In this document: positions 38,952-51,800 of the stretch, in pieces
Numbering within the stretch: position 1 is the stretch's first letter
Layout: every line of letters begins with the position of its first letter
Assembly (NCBI RefSeq): GCF_000150275.1
Contig: NW_002060947.1
Location: forward strand, 1,911,740 to 1,975,739
Reading direction: 5' to 3'
Source of the DNA: Trichoplax adhaerens
Lineage: Eukaryota > Animalia > Placozoa
Length of the DNA: 64,000 nt
Notes under the pieces: model-generated
Told to the model about the DNA's origin: nothing
The model's database searches: none
What the model saw: only the letters and a program-made list of their open reading frames with translations
Translations under genes and position numbers: made by a program

Positions 38952-40699
38952 GTTTGATCCTTAAATATCATATCATACATACTTATTTCTAAAATCCAAT
39001 TGCAAAGACCTTGATTCGAAGTATTTTCAGTTTTTCCTATCTCTATCGTGACAAATACTACAATTTCAAGCTCAATCAGCGTTATTATGATTGCATATTA
39101 ATTGCTTCCATTCAAAAAAGTTGATTATTGAATGAATGATCAATGATGTACCATAGGAAAAGTTGACTGAATTAATTTTGTTCTTTACTTCCATGATACA
39201 TTGGATATTTTACCAGTTTTATTTGGCAACATTATTATCGTCATTAATGTTATCATTCAGTTTACTTCTTGGACAGTATTAAAAAAGGCTAGAGATGTCG
39301 ATCGCTGCGAGAGTAAAATCACTTAAGATATAGTTTTAATGGCGATTATTTTTATTTTGCTGTTGCTCTACGATAACTTCTTTTGAACATTATGCAGGTC
39401 GCAAGGGATAGCCATCGTACCTTTCGTCTCTATCATTAATGTTGAAATTATGAGTTTTCTAGATCAATACAAAATTTACCATTATTTTTCATGTCCATTG
39501 ACTGTTATAACGTATGCAAGGACAATAAAATTTAAATCTGACAATATTCTGAGAAATAAACTAAGCGCCTAGTCTATAGTTATCATTTTATTTGAGAATA
39601 GACTACTCTTAGAGTATAATAAACTACAGTATTTTATCCTTTCCTATATAAATTACCAATAGCATCTGATGTTACTGCCGCTTCTAATGTTTATAACGTT
39701 GTTTTATTCGCAATTTTAAAGGTTAAAGGTGATTATGTTAGTACTAATTAAAGTTCTAAAGACTATAATATGAATGCTAATGATCACAAGAAAGGAAGTA
39801 AAGCAATCGTTCTATAATAAACAGGCTTTAACTTTTTTTGTTGGATGCTATACGACCTCACCAATCTATTCCATCAATCTGAAACACTTCAAGATCTGAT
39901 CGAATTTTATATTTTTAACAAATATACGTAATGGATATCTACTAAATGCAGGGTCTTAAAATAGTAAAGTATTGGATTACTTTAACTAGAGTCGTAAGAT
40001 ACACCAGGCAATACTTGAATATAATCTTTATCACAGCTCATAGCAGGATTAAAATTTGAATTTACACAACTGACAGGACTACGGCCGATATTACTATAGC
40101 CCTACAGCTGATAAAGTTTATCTAATTGTATACGTACGGCTTAAAATAAAACCACTACTATGCGAATATCCAAAGATACTCGATAAGAGAAATCTGATTT
40201 TGTACCTAAGGTACTAGAACAAAGTTAAAATCTACGATATATACCGTTAGTTTTTGATTACAATAAAAATTATAAATAGCGATTTATCATTGCTATGGCG
40301 ACAAGACGGCATTAAAGATTCAATATAGAATGCTATTAATTTTGTGTTGAATATCACCTAAGATTTTTAGCTTTACCGAATTTAAACAACTTCTTCCAAT
40401 GTGCGTGTAGTAATTGACTTTAAGAAAGCTTCAAATTTTAATCCAAAGTACTTATTTAAGATTTAAAGGATATATTCAGAAAGACCTGATTACTAGATGT
40501 CCCTGTCCGTTCTTGTTTTCATGAAGAATGAGTAGCTACACTACTTAGTTTATTATTTACAATTTTTAAGCCGTTCTACCTACAACTAAGTATTATATTC
40601 AAAATAGTTTAGCAATATGCCATGTTATAAAATAGATGCCGTAGTAAAAAAAATTTTTACATAGGTAACCAACCATTAATTTGCACATTTCATTCAAGT

Positions 40700-42450
40700 A
40701 GATACCCATGATTATCGAAACTAGTGGCAAGTACTGCTTCAACTTACCGATTTCAATAACATTCATACTAATAGGAACGATATTAATTAATTTATTGAAG
40801 AATATCACAATTATATCATGAGCTTCAATTTGTTCCTAATAACCGGTGCTTTCTACTAACTTGAGTAATCAGTTCGTTAACCTATACACCTTCCTGTGTG
40901 GATTATGAATAATAAATGGTGATTGAAATTAATATCAAATATTACTCAGATTCGTTTATTTCCATATCATTTCCATTGTTATGGGTCACGTTATGAAATT
41001 TTCAGTTACTTGAGTATTCAGTCCGCTTACTTGCATATCCTACGAGTAAATTACGAGCAACACAATGATAATATAGTACTGTTGAAGAACATCATCTCCC
41101 TCGAATCATCTGCTTCCATCTGTCCCTAACAACTAGCGATTTCCCATTTGCTCAAAAATCACCCCGTTTACTAGTATATGTCCGAAGAAATACTTATTAA
41201 TGACAGAGGTTGATTATAAATAGTAATATATATTACTCAAATTCCTGTAGTTCTATGGCAATACCATGATATAAATTATTATTATGTGTATCATGAACTT
41301 GCAGTATATCCGTTCCTGGTTGCCGGTGAATTTCTACTAGCTTGAGTAATGAGTTCGCTTTTCTTGCTTGTCTTAAAAATAAATCATGAAGGGTGTGATG
41401 ATATGCGAAACTAGAATTAGATACCTCTTCAAGCTGGCTAGTTCTATAGCATTACCGTGAGATAGATGATCTTTACGATTGTAAAGCATCACCAATATTG
41501 TGTGTGAGTTTCAATTTGTCTCTAGCTTCTAGTGACTATCCACTAGCTTTAAGAACCAGGTCATTTACTTACATATTTTCGAGGAAATCAATTACAAATA
41601 GTAAAATCTTGATCATAATAGCAGCACATACTACTCAAATATGTTTGATTTTTTCTACATTTTATGACATGGAGAATTTGCATTAAAAGATATCATTACG
41701 AAATTTATTCTTGAAGAATATAATCACTATTACACGCGTTGAGAACGTCAATGCTCCTTAATGACCTAAGTCATTTTCAGTCACTTGAATGATCCGTAAG
41801 TCTGCTTATCTATCCCCACAAGTAGTTATCATCACTTAATCAGTATAACTATGATCGAAATGAGTAGCAAATATTTCTCTAATTTGCTTCTATCCATGGC
41901 CTTTTCATCATAAGACGGTATTTACTCTTGCGAATATCACTGCTATCGTGATACCATCAACACAAATCCATCCCTCTAACTGCTAACAGCTTTTCACTAA
42001 TTTGAATACGATAAATGGCCAATTTATGCACATAACTCTTAGGGGTAGAATAAAAACAGCGCGACACCGATTAAAACTGGAGGTATATATTGTGCAAAGT
42101 CGCTTAGTTACATAACATTCCTTCCGTCATAGACAATATTTTTTCTTGAAGAATATCTTCACAATTACACGTATCAGAAACTGCAATAATTCCTAATGAC
42201 CGGAGTCACTTTTCCATCACTTTAATTATCGATCCGTTTACTTATCTATCTTCTACGAGTAAATTACAACCAGCTGAACAATGATCGAAATGAGTAGCAA
42301 ATGTTTCTCCGATTTGCTTCTATCCATGACCTACTAATGATAACATGATATTCACTCTTGAAGAATATCAATACTATCGTGCCATCAATTTTATATCTGT
42401 CTGTAATTACTACTTGGAGAATCAATTCGTTTCAATTAAATGTAAATAGT
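40700..42450. repeat. Degenerate tandem array of about 215-nt units with a 430-nt higher-order period
   Basis: TTGAAGAATATC recurs at about 40795, 41082, 41711, 41928, 42146 and 42358. ATGATCGAAATGAGTAGCAAAT.TTTCTC..ATTTGCTTCTATCCATG occurs at 41851 and 42281. Confidence 0.75.
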
Positions 42451-42644
42451 CAACTTATTTACTTTTCCTATCTCTCTATACCATAAATCATCAATAATAT
42501 GATCGAATGAAGCAGTAAATACCATTGAAACAAATCTCTTCTCTGCATCATTTCGAAATGAAGATGGAGTAGATTCTTGGCAGTACTAAATTAGACTGCG
42601 CAAACTCAGATCTCATGATGATTGCGGCTTATTGTATATCTAAC

Positions 42645-42658
42645 GTTGCCATAGCGAC
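42645..42658. promoter_or_regulatory. RFX X-box upstream of androglobin
   Basis: GTTGCCATAGCGAC matches the 14-nt palindromic X-box (GTTRCC-AT-RGYRAC) and lies about 210 nt upstream of the ADGB ATG at 42871. Confidence 0.7.
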
Positions 42659-42870
42659 ACCAATTTCTTCTCTCGTCAATAGTGAATAGGGGACGAATTG
42701 GTTAATTAATAAAAAGAAGGGATTGAGAAGGCTAATCACTTATTGAATTCTACCCACATAGCAACTATGCAATCAAGTTGAAGATTGTAAGAGTAGTGTA
42801 CACAGCGATTTACAGCAGTTTATTTTTTTAGTCGATAGTGGTGATATAAATAGAAAGAATCAGAGTCAAA

Positions 42871-45800
42871 ATGTCATTAAAGCCAGCCAAGAAGAAAGAT
42901 TTAATGCGGCCTGGAATGAAACCTTATGAGTAAGCAAAGATGCCTGTATGGAATACAGAAGTGTTTGTGATTGTAGCACAGCGTCCATTGTCGACTGTAC
43001 CATCATCATCGTAGTGATGATATGATTGATTCATTTAATCGTTTTCTTAATAGCAGGTGGATAGTTAGACTAGCTAGTCAATCCAACAGTAAAACTATAA
43101 TACACAAGTAGAATTTCAATCAATTAAACGGAACAAATAACTAACAGACAATAACCGCTAGCTTAGTTGTGAATACTACAGGGTATTATAGTGGTCAGTG
43201 TGGACGACAATGATGACTTGATTAAATTAATTAACAACGATGCTGTGGCTTGATATTTAAAGCCCATCCATCAAAATTTAAAGTCATTACTGTTGTTAGT
43301 TAGCCTAGCATTATTTAAGCTAGCATAATGTCGCATCCCCATCGGTAATTTATCCACGATATTTATTTTCGTCTCTTTTCTATCTTACAGAAAATAGTTT
43401 GTCTCGATTGATTTAAATTAGTAACAGTCGGATTCCATTTTTTTCTTACTTTCTTCATTCGTATGTTTGATATTTTAGATCTGGAAATTTATCGAGTTTA
43501 AGTAAGAATCAAAAATCCGATCATAAAATTCCGATATGGCCAGAATGGAGTGATGGCGATATTGCCACTGAGAAATGGGTATGATAACAATCATCTAGTT
43601 TTGACTGGAACTATAAATGATGAAACAAAATTTCTCGATAGTGTTTTTAGTAATTTACTACCCTAACCATTTTAATTCTGCCTTTTTCGTACTGTTTTAA
43701 TCATCATTTTACCTTAGGATAATGGAGGTAAAGGAAAAGATAAAGATAAAGGCAAAGGAAGTGGATCAGTGAGTTATACGTAAAGCAAATTATCTTTTTA
43801 AATTCTATCCCGTCGATTAATACTTATTTATTTTTAAAATCAATCCCATTTGGATACTTTTTTACCATTGCACTATCGTTTTAACGGTAAATTAGTTACT
43901 TTGTCAATAATAGATTCATTATCACCTTACCTTATTTAAATTTTAGGTTCCATTTGAAGATCCTGAAGGTAAAATTGAACTACCAGCTTCATTAAAATCT
44001 TCTTTTCATAGTTGGAAGCGGCCTATCGATTATTTACAATCCGCAATTCAAGAAAAGGTAAATTATATTCATCGTAATCTCAATACGACTAGGAAGTAGC
44101 TTTTGAATTTTGCTTTAATGACCATACTAATATTCCGTGCCAATATTTTATCTAGATATGGCCTACTGTTGTTGATCCAGAAAGTGCTACTGGATTTGAT
44201 TTGGTCTCGTCTAATGAGCATATCATGGACAGTGAAGTTATGAGATGGATCATTTGTCAATTATCAACATTATGGAAAATTCAAAATGCTTCATTTAGTG
44301 AAACTGAAATGTCACAACCGTTGAATGTCCCTGGCACTTGGCGTCCATGGGAATTTATTTATCCACGAGAAAAAAGTAAAACAAGTCATATGCCAATTTA
44401 TAACCCCGGTGGAAAGTATTGTATTAAATTATTTTGGCTGGTAAGGAAAGAAATACGCAGCCATAAAAAATATTTTTTGTCGCTTTAATATAAATCTATT
44501 TATCGGTCTTTAATGCATAGCCTGCAGCCCTTTATAATTTATTTATTTCTGTGATTTGTATAGGGCTCATGGAGGAAAGTAACTGTTGATGATTATTTAC
44601 CCTTTGATGAAAGGGGTAGAATGTTATTACCAGCTACATCTAGACCCCACGAATTATGGCCAGCACTATTAACTAAAGCCTTGCTGAAAGTAGCGTCGTT
44701 AGAGTATGTAGTCTCTTTATAATAATTTAGCATTTCGAATTAATTTTTCTATATGGTATGCTTCAGTTGCAAGCAAATTATACTCTATAATAATCCCATT
44801 AAAATCTAAACTGTGCTTCGTAGTTATCAATGTGGAGATCCTGCAATGGAATTTGGTGATTTCAGCCCCATCCAATGCTTAACTGGTTGGCTTCCTGAAC
44901 ATATTCCCATTACGTAAGTTACTGATATATTTAAAATGAAAACTAGTCTTGCAACTTTAGTAGTAAATGATGGTGAGAAAATTATTATAGAATCCTCATC
45001 TTAGATTGATATAACTAAAAATGGATTCTGTTTCAGATCGGAATCTTCTGACAGAATTTGGGACTTGCTAAAATCAGTTTTACCAAATTGGAAACCGCCC
45101 AGTCCAGCAACTGATACTCCTGCCGAAGCAGCTCTAGCACAACCGGGGCCTATTATTCCACAACCTGTTATCGTTATGGATAAGCCTACTCCAAAAGGAA
45201 AACGCGGAGAAGGCAAATGTAAGAAAGCTGTAATTATTCTGCGATTTATGAATATCTTGACTAATCAGAGATTATGATAATTAAAGTAATTTTGCTAATT
45301 TTGAACCTGCAATAGCTTACGACGGCACTCTAAGGCTAACAGTTTCGCCTAATCAAAGTTTTAAGATAATTCAATAATATCGCGGTCAATTTTATGTCTT
45401 AATAACCTCAGACAAAAAATTTAAGACTATTTTCGATTACTAACAGTATATAAGTTTGAGGATAAGTTAAATTATAGTTACTTACGCATTCTGATTTTGT
45501 GATAATCTATAAACAACTTGATCTACTATAATCGTATTATAATTATTCGAATCCGTGGTTTGTTTAACATAAATTGTAACTTTTTATTTCTAATCTAGCT
45601 AATCCCGGCAACCTTAATAATTCCAATAACTTCGACATGACTAATATCGGCAATAGCAAATCAGATAGTCCACATTTGGCTATTTTCGCATCATATTCAA
45701 GTTGTAGTAAGGAGCCTCTTCGACAATGTGATCAAGAAGCACTTGTAAGATGCATCGACAATTACTATCTCGATTTAAATTAAGTATCGTATGTCATTAG

Positions 45801-48800
45801 CAATAAATTAATTTTAATTTCTAACCAATATAGGCAACCGCTTGTGAAAAATTGCAAGAACATAATTTACCAAACAAATTAGCTCATGTCGTCCATTTAT
45901 CGCAGACTAGAGGTTATCCACTTATTATTCCACCGCCACCAGCTCCTATTCCTCGTTTTAAATTAATACGCAAAGTTAAGAAAGATCCTGAAGAAGAAGA
46001 TGAAAGTGCCAAATCGCCTCCAAGATATGTTGAAGTGACTTCTTTATTAGCTCACTATGATGAGACTAAAGTGATAGATCGATCACAAGGGTAATCTGAA
46101 ATATGGCTCTTACTTTATAGCTAGTTGTAAAGTATTAGCAAATGACTACGATACCTTCAGATTGTAGTCTATAGATTCTATTCAATGTCTGATTTTCGAT
46201 CTAATATTGCTAATTTAATCTTGTCTGCAGCGATTTCGCCAAACAAAATAATGAGGAAACGATTGAAGAATGTGAAGATACAACGGGTAACGATTTAAAT
46301 AAGAAAAAAATGAAAAAGAAAGAACAAATTAAAGAACTTCAAATGGACAAGCAAGGAAAGAAACAGAAACAGCAACAAAATATCACTAACTACGAAAAAG
46401 CAACAGAAAAACAACAAAAACAAATGCTGACCGTTGATAAACCTCTAACCAAAGCTAATCTTAATGCTTTAGATAAAAGTAATAAGAAAGATGGTATTCG
46501 TAAACGAATAAATACACTTAATCGCGTTAATAATGAAGAGGGTACGGAGAAAGCTATTAGTGAATGCGAAAGTACTATGGTCGATAGCTTGTCAAGGTGT
46601 GAAGACGAAGGCGATGGCGATGGCAAAGAAGATGAAAAGAGTAACGAAGATGAAGCCATTAAAAAACAATTTTGGATGTCATTTGAAGACTTTTATAAAT
46701 CTTTCAGGTTAGCTTCAATATTGATATACCATATAATAAAGGGAATATCAAATACTTCGATACATCCATATACTGATTTCCATTTAATCCTATCCAATTT
46801 ACCTAACAGATCCTTAATTATCTATCACAAGTCCAATTCTTATGCTAATTCAAAATGGAAGGCTGATTATAAAGTAAGTAATGCTCGAAGTGAATTGTTT
46901 AAACCATAAAGAATAGAATAGATCATGATATCTATATCGCCTGCAATTATAATACTAGGGCCTACATTTAACATCCTTGACATCACAAACTGTGTAGCAA
47001 TTACATTCCTATTTTATTTATCTACAATTAATTTTTACAAATTGTGTAGGGATTCAATTACATATTTTATTGACAAATACTAATTTAATAGCGACTCGGA
47101 TATATATGTATATTCGTACACTAGCTATTTATGTAAAGATAACTGTATTATTTGACTTAGTTCATATGTCTAATATCTTTTGGATATATGAGTTGCTAAT
47201 ACTCGATTTAATTGATAAAATACTAACCTAGTAGTATTTCAGACATATTTAATAACGATAAAATTTTTATAGTGTCTACCTCAGTTTGCAGACCTGAGGT
47301 TATTTCAGATACATTATTGTTCACTGATTAATCGAGAAATGCTAAGCCACTGAAGCATTAATTCGCCAGTTAGATTAAGGTGATAATTATATTTAAATTA
47401 TATGCCTAATATGATAATATTCTTTGCTCTTTTGATAGCATTTAACAACAATTACACATACCTCGAGAAAAACTGCTGGTTCTGCTGCTCAAAGTGCGTC
47501 AGGAAATATTAGTAGCTTATCGAGAGGATATCAACCCGTTTCGCAATCAATTCAAGCTATGGTTATTATACATTTTAATCATAAATTCTTGTCATCCTTT
47601 TTAGTACCTTTAACTAATCTTTTAAAATATTGTAGACTCCGGACGATTCCCAGCAACCTTATTTATGTATCCTAGATGAAAATTGTAAAATGACTAATTT
47701 TTAGAAGTTATTCTGATAAAATGAATGTCAAAACTGTTTTTAAGCTGATGTTACAAGTACGACGGTTCTAGCAACATAACTTTCATAATTTTAGCAATAT
47801 AAGGCAGAATCTCCATGAAATTGATATTTTCCTTAATAAAAATTCAATTACAGTTGTTGACAGTTTAAAACCGATCGAATTATTATTCTGTTTCACTTCG
47901 GTTTCGCGATGGCGTGAAATAGTTATACAGAGTCGTCATGGCAGAAGAGAAAGTGGATCTAATCATCCGACGCCAGTCACATCAGAAGCGGCAGCCAACA
48001 GCCAGATTGCTAATGCTCTATCTGGTAATCACATCCATCCTGGATTACTCGTTGCTGAACCGTATACATGGAAAAGTCTCGAAGTCGGAGAAGCAATACT
48101 TCGTTTACGCACAACGGGTACAAAAGCTGTTCTTCTACCATTGCCAGCTGGGTATGTAACTTAACTTGAACTATTAATTTATTAATCACCGTCGAGTTTA
48201 TTTACGTAATCCAAGTCTGATCTACTTCATTCTAAATTTCGATATAGACGCCATTTACTACGCTTGAGTATGCAAGCACCTTTAGGTTATTATTTACAAA
48301 TATGCTCCATGACGCCTTTTATCTTGGGCGACGAAGATGTAGTCATGTCATGCTTGAATAAGGTAAGCATTTGATTTATTTTCAGGAAAATTAAACCAGA
48401 ATCCGTTTGTAAATCATGAATGTGATGACTGATCGATTGAATTTGTTCAATTTATACAGGAAAGTTTAAGATTTATGGCCCATGCTAGTCAGCGTTTGGA
48501 AGGTGTATCAGAAGCCGTTACTAATTTGGATAACGAGGAAATGTTTGGTAAAGCAGTCCAGAAAATGGAACTAGGAGAACAGTATCCCAAAATAGCGCAA
48601 GTTATGCATTTTACGGTAATATTAAAGTATCTGAGGGTCATCAATGATAATATTGATATAACAAAACTCACTCTAATCCTAGCCTTTAGTATTTCTCGTA
48701 CTGAAATTTATCTTAATTTTGCGTTGATTGCACAGGGCTACGCTAGAGCGTTCATTTATCATTTGAAAGAGTTAATAAGCGAAGTTACACCAGCAATAAA

Positions 48801-51800
48801 GTTTGCTATCAAAGCTTTAATCTTAAAAATTCTGCTTCATCGAAATATAGGAGTAGCTATTGGTAAGTAGCAAGAATTTATTCATATAATTGGAATCAGT
48901 TGATCAATGCGACTATTTGTAATTCATAGTATTACTCGGTAGTTTATCAGAACTATGATGGCTCGTAATCTAATCCATCACAATAATGTTAATATTTGTA
49001 AATATAGAAAGCCTAGACTCCATTCATAGCATCTCCGATGAGTACATTTCATATTATAAAGGTTAGCTATTTTCTAAGTCTGAGGCTCCTATCTGCTTTA
49101 AATTTAAACTACAACAGTTCTCGAAATAGGTCACTGATATTTTATAAATTCGATGGGTATCAAATATTTAATTAGGATCCGAAGAAACAAATATTAGTAA
49201 CGCAACATCGGAATATCCCTTAGAAGAACGGATATCTAACAAAGAAATCAATGGAGTTATAAAATTTCAAGCCTTATTTCGTGGGCATCATGTTCGGAAG
49301 TTACTTAAAGCAATCAAGCCAGGTATAAAATACTTTCACAAAAATGACATTTTTTAAATCTGTTGAGGGAGTGCAGCACTTGAGCTCAATAAAATCTGAA
49401 AATTTGGTATTGAATATATGAAATCTTTATAGATTCTGCTGATTATGACAAAATTAAAGAAATTATTCTCCGGACTTGGAGTAAAATAGATCAATCGAAA
49501 TATGAATTTATTTCTACCCGAATTCTACGGTAATAATTTATCGATCTATCAGATAGCTCAAAATAAAAAATAATGCACTTACGTTAATATTTATGTACAG
49601 ATCAATGTATAAAGATAGATATCCATTTCTTAATGCTACGTTCACTTTCTTTTTTCAATATAGAACGGTACTGATGCTAGAGCCTGATTTATATCCAAGT
49701 CTTCCATTCTATAAAGATGAGATGTACCATATGGTATACCATGATTACTCCGGCAGTTACGCTGAACAGCCATCCAAGACTTGGTTTGTTGTATTTAGGT
49801 GAGTACAACTGTGCATTCTTGCGTAAGATACCTTTGGTCATTTGGTAATGTAGGAAAAGAATCAGGTATTATCTAGCTAATTGAAGCATTATTAAATATC
49901 TAGTATTTACTTCTATTCAATCCATTAGGGAGGTATTTCGTGTTCAAGAATCCGTTTTGATGATACCCAAATTAACTATACCGCTGCAAAGCTGCCACTT
50001 GCGCGTTGTTAATAACGATAATGGTGAAGAATTACCACGAGTATTTCAACACGTGGCTCCGAGTCCGCTGAAGAAAAATAAAACTGGATATACCATCGTT
50101 GCAGATGCTAAAACACCCGATGATGGAAATGCACCAGCTGGAAAGTGGCGTATGAGATTAATTGGTTCTAATCAACCTTTACCTGTACCCTATCGTGACT
50201 TTTTCTCCACAGTTAGCTTAACTACAAAAGAGATTCAAGATTATTACTGTCCTAACAAGGAAGGCATCTTTCTACGGTATGCATTAATTTTCTAAAATTG
50301 CCTGTAAATTATTTGATTCTTATGATATCAAGATAATAAATATCCGCACGTTATTTATATGCGTATGCTTGACCTTATTATTCCCATAGCTATGCCGTCA
50401 AAGTTAGAGATGATCTACTTACCAGTCTACAGATTGGAACATCAAATAGCAACGCCTATATTGAACTGCAGGTAAGACTATTCGTAATATACATATTAAA
50501 TTTCGAATGAGGAATGAGAGCTCTATTTTTTATCTTATAGCCTTTACGATTAATTTTACTTTCTGTGATTGACTAGGTCTTGGACAATGATGAAGAAGTT
50601 ATAAAGTCTACCGGACGAGGACATGTTGTGATTCCTGCCTTCACTTTCCATACCGATTTCGATAACAGAAAAAAGATGGAAAGTCGACCACAAAGTAGTC
50701 GACATGGAAGCGCTAAAGGTTAGTTATGAGCATAGCTAAGATGGGTTTGAAAATTATATAAAAGCCTTGTAAAATGTTTCACATCAAGTCGATGAAAATA
50801 AGCATCGCCAAAACAAAATGATAGTTGCCGTAATCTTCGATTTAAAGTTATGATATAGCAATATGCGCTCATGACGTATCGTAGCGATCTAAATTATACT
50901 TAGGAATTGCACTTAAGCTACTTAAAGCTATCTAGATCCTGAAATAATTTAATTGAAAATCAATTACATTGGATTGTAATTAAATAAAGATATAAAATAT
51001 TTTTCTCTAGGCCGGCATCGAAATCCGCAACCTTCAGCCCAATCATCGACTGCAACTCCTAGTAAAAAATCACGCCCATCTCGACCCTCTTCTTCATCAT
51101 CTTCATCTTCGGTAGTCTATAATACGGATAGCTAAAATCAATATTAAATTTTCGCATCAATTTGAAAGAATAAAGCATTAATATTGCTCAATCTATTTTG
51201 AAGAATAAGGAAATTTCTGCTGTAGCAGCTATACCAGAAGAGAACAAGATTGAAGATAACCCGGAAGATAGAAAGGTAAATTTTATGCAAAATAGCTCTA
51301 ATAACATAGCGTTCTAATTCATGAAATGGAACGATTAGCTTGACATGGACATGTATAGATATCAATATTGAAATTTTTATTCTATAGGCACATAAATATA
51401 TAATTCAAGCTAGAGTTTTACGTGATAGTTGGAAGTTAAATTCTACCGAACAGCTATTTGTCGATACATTGAAAATCTCTGATCGCTCCGATGCAATTGG
51501 TTTGTAAATTATTCTATATTGGAAGCAGTTCATTATCATCAGAAGACATTGTATAATAGCCTCAATAGAGTCCTTCTTTCACATTTATTGACGAATATCA
51601 TATTTATACAGCGAAAGACAGACCTAATTCTAGCGAGAAACATGAGAAATCAGAAACTCAAAAACCTTCGAAGCGTAAAAATAAAAGTCATGACGATAAG
51701 CATAGTAAACATGATAAGGATGGTGGATCAAGATCGAATAAATCTCGAAGCAACGTACCTAAATCACAATCTCAACAAACGGTAAATTTTTACCATTTCA

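Noticed and set aside
49593-49663. Upstream in-frame acceptor at 49600 extending an ADGB exon
   Set aside because: The acceptor at 49663 has a stronger pyrimidine tract and gives a spacing closer to the recalled orthologue; the extension looks intronic.
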